A stretch of DNA of 64,000 nt, from assembly GCA_964247055.1 (NCBI GenBank), contig OZ176050.1, forward strand, positions 2,728,001 to 2,792,000. The letters run 5' to 3'. Positions 1-11,519 of this stretch are shown piece after piece. Both the position numbers and the translations under genes were made by a program. Position 1 is the first letter of the stretch, and every line of letters starts with the position of its first letter. This DNA comes from Paragordius varius. Lineage: Eukaryota; Animalia; Nematomorpha. The notes under the pieces were generated by a model. The model worked only from the letters and a program-made list of their open reading frames with translations, made no database searches and was not told the origin of the DNA.

Positions 1-1241
1 ATTACGATACATTGTTTGTTAAACGCAAAAGCTACAATGTGTTCAAAATATAATCACATCTCTGATGGTCTAACTTTACGGTTTTCATCCTTAAAATATT
101 TGAATGAGGATAATTTTACATTAAAGAACCATTCAATTAAAGGACAATATGTGGTTATAAAATTAAACGGACTTAAATTAACTTTTTAATACAATTTCTA
201 GTGTTAATAAAATATATATACATACATCTGAAAAAAAATTTTACGGACAAAACGTAAAATTATAAAAACAAATATTTTTATCTTAAAAACAACCATATTT
301 TTTGAAACCTTAATTTATCTTATTAAAACATACAATAGTATAATGCATAAATTGCTTGTGTTATCAATTTACCTCTCTAATCCTATAGTTCGCAATTTAA
401 AACAATGAGTTATATGTAAATAAACTAGGATTTGGACAGTATGGGTCATCTTTTAAAAAATAATATTTATCTTTATATTTTTATGTTTTGTCCGTATAAT
501 TTCAATTTTTACTACTGTATTTTTAATTAAATTATATGAAATTTATGATTACACCAACATATTTTCTTAAATTATATGTATTTTTTCTTTATATTTCTTA
601 AAATGTTCGCGAACCTTATTATTTATTCGAGGTTTCGGTTCCATTGTGATTTTACATTGAATAAATTATAAACGTCATATTTATAAAATATATTTACTTA
701 ATTCGTCCATATCTAACCTCTATACTACTCTTCTTTTTTTTAGATTTTTCGTAAATTTAATGCATGACTTATTTTGCAAAATCCAATTAAGCTGTACAAT
801 TACCAATTAAATTTTTATAGTTTTGCCTATAAAAAAAATAATTTCTTAAAAACTACTGAGAATAAGGATTAAGATAAATTTTTTACTAATAAACATCGTA
901 ATAATTTATAGTTTATGCAGAATTTTAGCTATTTAGTCAGTGAATAGTTGGTTATTATTGATTTTCTCTGTAAAAAATATTGAGAGGAAATATGTGTAAA
1001 AACAAAAGAGTGAATATTCACGGATAATAAAAAATATAATTATTTTAACACATAATGAATGATATTAACGATATTCCATACTATATAATTAATATTTCAT
1101 ACCACGTAATTCAATAATGGTGAACAAAATTTATTTTTCGGATTCCAGTCATTATTTTAGTATCAATCTATCAAAACCCTTTATATTTTTCGATCTTCAA
1201 TTATTTTGTATGGTAATTGTCTTTTATAAATAAACATCATT

Positions 1242-4200
1242 ATGCCTATTTGTGACAATTTGAGATTGGCGCTGACCTCTAAAAACTTTGTACTATCAAC
1301 AATGATAATCTTTATTATAAGTTTTATTTGGTGTTTTAATATCGGGCACAGTCAAACTACCCAAAAAATTAATCTTGAAGAATCATTTCGACGTCAAGGC
1401 CTAACGATACCTCCCTCCATACAGAATTCAACGTTCAAAATATATCAAGAAAAGTTGATAACCAATATAACGGAAACTTTGAATGGCCTCTTACATGGCT
1501 ACGATAATAAAATACGACCAGGATACAATAGTAAGCATACTTGTTTTTCATAATTCTTTTCTACAGTCTTTTACAGATATTACTGCAATTTAATTCCATT
1601 ATGTAATAATTCCAAAAATATTTATTTGGTTATGAAATTGTGTCGACTTTGGAAATTTGCAATTACAAATGAAATATTTTTAAAAAATTTGATAAAGCTT
1701 TTATATGATATTTTGAGTTATTTAGCGTAAAATTTAATTTATTAGAAAAGAAAACTATCATTTTGGTGGATATAATGATTCGGAGTATGGGATCCATTTC
1801 AGAATTAAACATGGTAATATATATTGTCTTTTTATGCTTTATACTTTGGATAACTTCTGTTATATCAGCTAAATAAATTTTGATAAAACATTTTACAGAA
1901 TTTAAGAGCATATCCTGCATGAGCAAAATAAAACAGTAAAGAAATACGCTACCCTTTTTTACTGTATAGAGTCCCGATAATGAAATATTAATTATGATGT
2001 TTAAAATTCTATGATGTACGCAATGTTTGGTTTTAAGTACTCTACAGGGGTGTTCCGCCGCCCGAGGGCCACATGTCCTCTAAAATATTTTTGCAGCCCG
2101 CGAGAAATTTCATAAACAAAATTTTTCGAATCTAAGCAAAATTGATTTTCTTACACAAATTTTCTGAATAAATTTTTCCGAATTTTGGCAAATAACAAGC
2201 AACAAATGTCAAAATAAAGAGTATAGTTTTTACAGTCTTGAATTAAAAAACTGATATAAATTTGTCAATGCCCATATATTATACGAACGCGGCCCGCAAA
2301 GTCATTTGTGTTTCCCTGCTCTAAGCTAGAGCTCATAATATATTTGAAGCCGTTTTTACTTGATAAACCAAACGATATAATTTGGATAACCGATTGTGGG
2401 TTAGTATAAATAGGTATTCGGTAATAACACTACCCCTAAAATGTTTTATAATTTATATGGGTAGAAGATATGAGATGTGTTAAGCAAAAATTTATCTGGT
2501 TACCTCATTTTTGGTGTGAATATAATTTATATGTATCAAATATAACCGATCTAAATTATGAATACTTAACATGGTTTTTTTCTGACAGGATTTTACTATG
2601 AGCATATACTTTCGACAAAGGTGGCAAGACGAACGATTGGCTTTTTTGGGTCCCGTTAATATTTTACCAGTCTCTATCAAAATGTTAAAACAAATTTGGA
2701 AACCGGATACATTTTTTCTTAACGGAAAAGAAGCTTATGTCCATAGTATAACTGTACCCAATAAATTTTTACGTATTGATATGAATGGATCAATCCTTTA
2801 TTCAACTAGGTATTTGCACTTAATACATATGGCTAATGATCATTAACAGTATTTTAAGATTAAATGTGTTCATAAATAATCGTTTTGGTAAATTATCCTA
2901 ATTCACTCCAAACAATATAGACTTACAATAAAGGCACAATGTCCAATGAATCTGAGAAATTTCCCAATGGACCATCAAATATGTCCCTTCATTATTGGAA
3001 GTTGTAAGATATCGTTTTGCAACAAATAAAACAAATATTATATTATTTTATCATAAATCTCGTAATTAATCAATCAATCAATCACTCACTTAAAAAGACA
3101 ATAGTCTAATACATTATTCAGCTAATCTACTTCGCTTATATTATAAAATAAGAGCGGATATTCCCTGCAATGATTAATTACTATTGTATATTGTCAATAT
3201 TAATAATATTTTTTTTAGAATTGTATAACTATTGGCAAACAAAGGCATTTAAAGATGTTTTAAATTGAAAATATTAACCAATAAATTGGTATACTTTCAC
3301 TGTAAAATTAAGATAAAATAATTTATTATACAATGTACAAGATGATAGGTGTGTCATATTATTATATTTTATATTAATATATATATATAAAATTCTGATT
3401 GATTCTTAGTTAGTTATAATTCGGATGAAGTCGTTTATCATTGGAGAACTAAAAATTCTGTCGAATTGACAAATGATTTGGTATTTTCCCAGCTTGAAAT
3501 GCGTGGATTAAAAATCTATGAAACATATCTATTTACTACAATAAGTAATGGCAGGTTTTAATATACCATTACCACAAATTGACCCTTGAACACTTCAAAT
3601 TAACCATTGAACATTTTAAATTTATCTAAGAATAACTCACCTAAAAATAAATTGTGTGTTTTTGACTAATTTATTATTGATTGGTTTTTTTGTGGCATGT
3701 TTATTATTTTTTCTGTTTTACAGATAAATTTTATGCGTACTTTTCAAATGTTCAAGGGTGAATTTTAAGTGTTAATGGTGACTTTTAAATTGATAACACT
3801 CCTTTTGGTTTAAATTTCCGCTAGAATTAGAATATAAGAATAAACACAGCGTATATAAATTTTGGAAAGTTTCAAGGAAGCCTATATTTCCTTTTTTGTG
3901 CAAAGGGTATATTATTATGTGTTTTGTTTGGCATAACCATACTATTTAGATAAAATTTTTAAAAATTCCAAACCTCTCTACACGGCGTTAAATAGTTTTG
4001 TGTTAACTAAACCAAAGTATATCTATTTTATTTAAAATAAATTTATAATGTATGACGATGACAAAATATTCAAACATTCAATTTTTATATTAAATTTAAG
4101 TTTTCCTGATAATGTTTTTAAATAAATATAAAAAAATTTACTTCATGAGAATGGTCATTACGGACATGAATGCGTTTATATCCGGTTAGAACGACCTACT

Positions 4201-6264
4201 GCCATTTATATCATTTTTAACGTGGCCAAGATATATTAATTTTAAGATTAATACTTAATCCTTTAACTCTCTTTATCCATACATACATTTTATTTCAATA
4301 GAAAACACATCAATTCTTAGAGTAGATTTCGAGTTTCAAAGGCACATTGGTTATTTTTTGTTACAAATTTATTTGCCATGCATACTCATAGTCGCTTTAT
4401 CTTGGGTCTCCTTTTGGATTAACCGTGAAGCCACCGCTGATAGAGTTGGCTTAAGTAATTAATTTATTAATTAATTTGTTCATGGACAATATATAATACC
4501 TAAATTTTGTTGTTAGGCATCACCAGTGTTTTAGCCCTGTCGGCATTTTTCTTAGATGCCAGATCTGATTTGCCGAAGTCACCACACCCTACGCAATTAG
4601 ATAAATTTGTTTTTGTTTGCCTATTTTATGTCAGTGCAACCCTGATCGAATATGCCATTGTGCATTACAACACTAAATTTGGGACGGGAGAATTGCTTTT
4701 AGGTGAAATTATGGATATCAAAATTGGATATCTTAAAAGACGAAAACTTGGTTCATTCAAAACCCAAAACACTAATCCCAAGCTTAAGTCTATCGCTCAA
4801 ATGCTAATGCAAAAACGTATTAAACGGGACGATGAAGGATGTCCCATATCATCCCAGTCATCTCCATGTAATATCAAAATCATTATATGTGTTTTAATCA
4901 ATATTAGGGAACTCAAAACCAAATAATTAAATAATAAATATTTTAAATTAAAATTAATTGAATGGCTGATAATTAAGGATTATCAAATTTATATAGGATG
5001 TATTATATTATTTTTACAGCTAAAGACGAGAAAATATCAATTTCCCCAGAAACTGAAATAACCAAATCACCTGATCAGGTTGTTAATATTGGATTTGAAT
5101 GCGTTTATACATAGTTATGCAAATTTTTATAATGCTTAATTAATTTTAGATTTAAATGTCCCAACTATAATAGAATTTTTTTTAATTAATATAATTTTTC
5201 ATTAACGACTGCATTTTTTTTTCATAGTTAATGTTTGAATGTGTAAATTTGGCAAAAGCCGCTTTGTTTGTAATCGCTAATCGTTTTATTTCAACATAAA
5301 TTGAATTCAAGAATACGGAATTTTGCAGCCCCGTATTCATATAAGAGTGCTTTTATAGAAAACATAAAAAAATATCATAGTTTAATACAATATTCATGAA
5401 AAATTTTTGTTAACCATTTCTGGTGATGTGCACGCCTAAATAGGCTTTTAAATAATTTTAGATGAATAAACGGCATGTATATGTTATAGGTATTAAATAA
5501 TTTACAACATTGAAGTTTACTTATCTGTTGCATCTTTTAGTTTGACTCTTAATATAAGTTTATTTATAATGTATGCTGCATAATTTTAATTAAATATGAA
5601 GTTGTAATTTTCATAAATAACCCGTAAACCCAACCTATTAGTATCCGCATCCAGATTTTAGATATTTGGGATTTAAAAGCAATTATATAATTTATGTGAT
5701 GATTTTGGCTTTGTAAATTTTTATTTTTATTGAATATAGGAAGCCCTGTTATTTAAGTCACACAATAGAGGAGATAAAAACAAAAATCAACGACATTCTT
5801 CACTGTTGGAAAATGTTAGGAGCGCTCGAAAAAATAGTTCCTCGTTATATATCAGGTGTTTGATGTGGCCTCTCTATCTCCCACTCCTATTTTGGTCAAA
5901 ATGCATTGTAGCACAACCAAAATGGGGTAATCATCCTTCACTTAGTATAAAACGCAGATTTAGTCAAATCCCCTTGGTTCCTAAATCAAATGTTGATGAT
6001 AAAATTTCTTCATCAAAAACAAAAAGCTCACTATATAAGAGACATAAAAAAGAAGGAAAAGCCAAAAATAAATCTCCTCCAAAATCAACTACACCAACTA
6101 CCAGTTTAGAGAATTTGTCAAAAGTTAATAGTGTTTCTATCCTAGATATGATATGCAAAATTTTATTCCCACTCTCATTTATTATATACAATTATTTTTA
6201 TTGGAAACCATACTTTTCACACACAAAGAGAACAGATTTTACACAATCATACGTACAAACGTAG
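1242..6264 (+). CDS. Grd: Cys-loop ligand-gated ion channel, GABA receptor subunit of the GRD-like group (about 627 aa, 9 exons)
   Basis: Exons 1242-1530, 1746-1813, 2589-2809, 2921-3003, 3410-3544, 4302-4454, 4517-4867, 5020-5078, 5740-6264; all GT-AG and phase-consistent. N-terminal hydrophobic leader, [20 protein letters not shown], Cys loop [16 protein letters not shown]1 [23 protein letters not shown]2 [17 protein letters not shown]3 ending [12 protein letters not shown]4 [10 protein letters not shown]. The ATADRV and TKFGTGE motifs match insect GRD as I recall it. Confidence 0.9.
2045..2318. mobile_element. Degenerate hAT (Charlie-like) MITE in GABA receptor intron 2
   Basis: Starts CAGGGGTGTTCC and ends GTTTCCCTG, with GGGCC(A/G)CA / GCGGCCCGC subterminal motifs also seen in the 37336-37635 MITE. 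No clean 8-bp TSD. Confidence 0.5.
3564..3780. mobile_element. Short MITE of the TACCATT...CCCTTGAAC family in GABA receptor intron 5
   Basis: Left end TACCATTACC...GACCCTTGAACACTTCAA, right end TTCAAGGGTGAATT...TAATGGT; inverted ends shared with 7458-8148, 10070-10365 and 61501-61765. Confidence 0.6.
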
Positions 6265-7457
6265 AATTCTCAGTATTAAACAAATAAATTCAAATTTTTA
6301 TTAATATTTATATACTACTGGTTTTAAAACAATACAATTTTGTGGTCTCACGCTTAACAATGTAATATAAAGAATATGAATTGCACAGAGTTTGGAAATT
6401 AATGTATGTTGTAATCGGTACTTTATGTTTACACATGGTTTTTTTTTCAAGAATTTAATATTTTGGTGCTTAGGATAAATTCTGAAAATTATATGAGCCC
6501 ATTACGATAATTCCATAATAATATATACAATATAATGCTGTTAAATAAATTGTAAAAAAAACAAATAATAGGAAATTATTTAAAAATGGTTAAAATCGCT
6601 CTCTGTTCAGAACCATGGTTAATTAAAATTGGCAAATTTTTATTTAGTTATTGATTTCGACCTATTATGATAAATATCTTAGTATTTAAGTCGATTGAAG
6701 TATTAATATGAAAGCAGTTTACAAATATTTTATGGAAAAATTATAAGTTTTAGCACATGAATATATTAACTCATATTTAACTTCACCATACTGGAAACTG
6801 AGGACAGCCACAAATAGATAATTTCTATATTCGTAGTATGACTTATTTGGAGATTTTTAAATATAAATATAACATTTATACAATTTAGAGCTCGATTCAA
6901 AAATGATTTCATAAAATTTCAATAATGGTCCCAAACAATTTTATCACTCTATCTATACATTAACAACCGGTTGAACAAATAAAGATAGTTTATACATTTG
7001 TTTAAATCGCTTAGTTACCAATTAATTTATTGGTTATAGCTTTAAATAAAAATAAATATAAGAGGGTCTTTTTTCTTTTAATTAAGGAATTTGAATATCT
7101 AAACCATGGCCTTACCTGTTCACGGCCGACAATGTTTTAAAAAAATGTATTGGGATATATGCTCAAGTGCATATTCGACATTTAACAGAATACATGATAA
7201 AAAGATTAAATTAACGCATGTTTTCTAAAACGTATTTTTGTCAAATAAACTTATCCGCAAAAATAATTATTTTCACGGCTATAATATATGAAAGTAAAAA
7301 TAGTCCAATTATTATAAAAAATTAAACAAATCATTTAACGCTCTAACGGAAACTTAAAAAATACGGTATAAAGAGGGTAAAAAACCAAATATTTGAAGAA
7401 TGAAACCGTATCTAGACCTGTTTTCGAAAAGGATTGCCTAAAATATTATTATATATA

Positions 7458-8148
7458 TACCATTTACACTTCAAGAGTGTCCTTGAACAATTCAAGTTGG
7501 TACTTGAACAGTTCAAGTTGGTCCTTGAACAATTCAAGTTGGTCCTTTAACTTTTTTGTTTTGTTTTTAACTTTTATCAATCAAATCGAAAATAATTCGT
7601 CTATTTTATTGTTTTTAACCTATTTTCCATTATTTAACATAAATTTTAAATCGATATCAACTTTTAATCTTTGAAAAACCGTATATCTTTATTAATTTCT
7701 TAAAATAAATTTAGATATTTATAAGATTTTAACACGAAATGATAAAATATATAAGTTTTCAGGGTTATTTATTAAAATTTTTCATTAAAAACATTTAAAA
7801 GTCAATAATTTTGTTCAATTGAAAAAAAATAGTTTTAAACAAAAAAAGTGGTTTTTCAATATAAAAATTTATTTTTAAATGAATAAATATATAATAAATA
7901 AAGAAAATTAGGTTAATAAATAATTAAATAAAAAAATAAATAAAATTATGGTTAAATCAAAATTAATAAATTTTAAGGACCAACTTGAACTGTTCAAGGA
8001 CCAACTTGAATTGTTCAAGGACCAACTTGAATTGTTCAAGGACCAACTTGAATTGTTCAAGGACCAACTTGAATTGTTCAAGGACCAACTTGAACTGTTC
8101 AAGGACCAACTTGAACTGTTCAAGGACACTCTTGAAGTGTAAATGGTA
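7458..8148. mobile_element. Foldback/MITE element whose inverted arms contain tandem 21-bp units
   Basis: TACCATTTACACTTCAAGAGTGTCCTTGAAC at the left end and its exact reverse complement at the right end, flanked by TA on both sides. About 3 units in the left arm, about 7 in the right. Confidence 0.85.
7974..8125 (+). repeat. Tandem array of 21-bp unit AAGGACCAACTTGAA(C/T)TGTTC, about 7 copies
   Basis: Directly visible. Units differ only at one C/T position; an inverted 3-copy array lies at about 7480-7548. Confidence 0.95.
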
Positions 8149-8982
8149 TAATTCGAATGCTAATGACACTACATCGATTTGTACAAATTTAAGGGTTTGT
8201 ACAACAAAAATATTTTTTTTTCAAATTAGAGAACAATAAGGGCATTTTCTGAATCTCCAAAAATATACATCAAAATGGAATAGTTATTTATTGAAACAGA
8301 CTTCGGACAATATTAGAGGAGATACATAAAATGGTTTGTCATCATCTGAATAGTATAAACAATGTAGTTACGCATGACCGACAATCTTTTTTAGAAAACT
8401 ATATACTTAAAATAGTTTTATTAAAGTATCTTTCACTGTAAAATAACTTGTAGCTTTTTTGATGTCGGGATGTCCAAAAATAAAAATTTTGAATGATACG
8501 TGACAAAAAACCTCTAGACACAAAAAAACAAATAAGGACAGACATAAACACAAAGGTGTAAATATATATAGCACTTGTCACATAATTACGTTATATAAAT
8601 ATTTATATTTGCAAAATATTTAAAGGGGTATTAAGTTAAATAATATCATTATACTTTGCACTTGATTTAACATTGTGGTTTTAGCACTATTATAACATTT
8701 ATAAAAAATGATAAAAAAATAATGTTGTATATTTTTTATATTTAATGATGTTTAAAAAATATTACAAAAGAGTTTTTCAAATATTATAATCTTGTTACTG
8801 CATTTTCAAACTGTAATACTTTGGTTAAAATATGTTAGTTTGCTTAGTAAATTATCAAAACAAAATTAATGTGGTATATTTGGCAAGATAATATATAAAA
8901 ATATTTTACTTATGGTCAAAATTTATCATTGAAAGATTAAGCCAAGGCTCATTTTATAATCTCCCAAAACATATATGCTACA

Positions 8983-11350
8983 ATGCAAAATGGCAATCAT
9001 ATATTATCCAAAGATGTATTAATCATAACTGGTGGAAATGGATTCTTGGGGAAACACTTGATTCAAAACCTACCATTTTACCTGCAAAATTCACAATATT
9101 ATGCAAACCCTGGAAAACGCCGCCGAGATTCGAATCCCTATAAAAACGAACATTCAATATCCAATGACAAACTAAGCAAACAAAAATCCCACCAGCCTCT
9201 GCAAAATAATACGATTGTTGTCTCTAAAACAAACTTTGATGATATACATGAACACAGTCATCATGTAAGCTGGGCAAATGAAATTGCTGAAATTCGTTTG
9301 TTAGACATTAGTTTTGCCGAGGAGTATAGTGAAAGCCGCCTCACTATAATGGATAAATGGGATATTCCAATCAAATGTTATCGCGCAGACATTTTGGATG
9401 CTGAAAAGCTTGCAAAAGTTTTTGAGGGTGGAACGGTCGTCTTACATTGCGCCAGTATTATTATACACCCCTCGCTAAAATATTTACGAAAAGTCAATTA
9501 TATAGGTATTATTATTGGCAATTATGTTAATAACAAAATTAATAATTTTAACATTCTATATTTTTTTACCAAACAATGTTTAACATAATCTGAATACGTG
9601 TAAAAAAATAGGGCGATTGGCTATTTGATCCAATTAAAGACAAAACTACAGACTCTTAATTTTTAGCCCTATATACGCGATTAAAAGTAATAATAGGAAT
9701 GAAAGCGCATACAAATCTGTTAAAAACGAGAGATAATCTTAGTACTTTATATATCATAATATTATTGAGGCGCATGTTTATCTTATTATGTAAAATGTTG
9801 GCTTTAGGGATTCCATAAAATGCGCATAGAGTAGCAGACATCGTTAGGACTCGGTTTATAAAATGCATTATGGCATATTAATAATTTAATTTTAGAATCA
9901 ATCATTACCTTTAATATCATAAATTAAGGTATATTACGCTAGAAAAATTCAAGCAAATTTTTTATCAAGTTAGTTTCTCCTTTCTTCTGTAATATACTTG
10001 CGATCTCCTTTTATTCCATCAAAACTTTTAAAAAAAATCCAAAAATGTTTTATAAAAAACCATGGATTAATAGCATTTATATATCTAATTCACCCTTGAA
10101 CAATTCAAATTCATCCTTAAACATTTCATTCACCGGAACAATTCGAATTCACCCTATTTTTAATATCAGCCCTATATTTTTTGATTTTTTTAAAAAAATA
10201 AACTTAAAATTAACATAATACCGAAAAAACAATATGCCATAAAAGAAAATTTTATTTAATGATAAGTTATATTTCCGAAAAACATAAATTTTTTAATGGT
10301 GAGTTTAAATTATTTTTTAAGAGTTTTGAATTGTTCAAGGGTGAATTTGAGGTATAAATGGTATATCAATCATGTTTGATTACAAGCTATAATATATTTT
10401 TGCGTTGATAAGCATAGATTTTCCTATTAATTATTACATATATATATTTACCAATTAGGCACATTGAATGTCATTGAAGCTTGTCGTGAAAATGGTATCC
10501 CTATCCTAATTTACACAAGTTCGGTGGATGTGATGGTAGGATTTGGTCTGCGTACTTCGCTCAAACCCCTACCCCTGTTCCCTTACCCCAGAGTTCATTT
10601 ATTTCCGAGTTATGGCGGTTCTAAGATGGAGGCTGAACGCGCCATCTTAGCCGCTAATAATGGGACACTGAAAGACGGTTCAGGCAATTGGTTAAAAACG
10701 GTGGCGCTAAGGCCTAGCGCCATATATGGACCAGAGGATTCCTACTTTATAACGGAAAGTATAAGAATAGGACTCAAGGGTGTTGAACCGTACATATGGT
10801 GGAATTGGGGTGGGGAGTCAAAACAAAGAATACCCAACCGTTTCCCAAAACTAAATATAGGGGCTGGGATGTTTCAGGGAACGTATATTGGAAACATAGC
10901 CTGGGCCCATTTCAAAGCTTTGGAAGCCATGAAAATAGGCAACCCTAATATTGGTATGTGACAAATTGAAATTAATTTTTATCCTCTAATTTATCCATAT
11001 TTTTAGCTGGCAAAGCCTTTTACATTTCAGATGATACACCTATTTGTAGCATTTATGACTTTGTTACACCATTTTTTGAAGCGCACAAAATAAAAATGTA
11101 TCCCAGATACATCCCAACAATATTCGTTTGGGCAATGGGTAAGGCTTTTCAGGCCTTCTTCACTATTTTCCCTTGTTTGCAAGGATTTTTCCCTGTGACC
11201 TTATCATCACTCTTGTACCTGTATTCAACGCACATTATATCTTATCAACGGAGTAAGGAAGTTTTTGGATATAAACCTATTTATACGCCTCAAGAGGCCT
11301 TAGATAAATCCATAGAATATTACAGTAAAGTAACGTTAACGTCCAAATAA
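8983..11350 (+). CDS. 3-beta-hydroxysteroid dehydrogenase-like extended SDR (about 453 aa, 3 exons)
   Basis: Exons 8983-9505, 10459-10953, 11007-11350. Rossmann TGGNGFLG, VVLHCAS, VN.IGTLNVIEAC, IYTSS, catalytic YGGSK, VALRPSAIYGP, YIGNIAWAH, GKAFYISDDTP, C-terminal FGYKPIY. Confidence 0.9.
10070..10365. mobile_element. MITE of the TACCATT...CCCTTGAAC family in 3-beta-HSD intron 1
   Basis: CACCCTTGAACAATTCAA near 10091 and TTGAATTGTTCAAGGGTG...ATAAATGGTATA near 10326-10365 form inverted ends. Confidence 0.65.
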
Positions 11351-11519
11351 AAAGCTTATCAAATAATATTTAAGTATTTGACGGTATTATCATTGTTACT
11401 AAATCCATAGTGCAAACTAATTTTATTTAATAAATCTATATTTTATGTGAATGGATAAATGTTTTTCTTTATAATTGCATTCATTGTTACGTAAAATATG
11501 GTAGTTATATTGGGCACAT

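Noticed and set aside
3545-3556. Non-canonical GC donor (G|GCAGGT at 3551) in the GABA receptor
   Set aside because: An in-phase canonical GTAATG donor at 3545 explains the junction; the two cannot be distinguished without RNA.
7974-8125. CRISPR-like array
   Set aside because: Units are head-to-tail with no unique spacers, the context is eukaryotic and no cas genes are present.
7908-8239. Overlapping repetitive ORFs including a (FKDQLEL)n leucine-zipper-like frame
   Set aside because: They arise because the 21-bp unit lacks stops in several frames; the array is an arm of a foldback element, with no splice or expression evidence.
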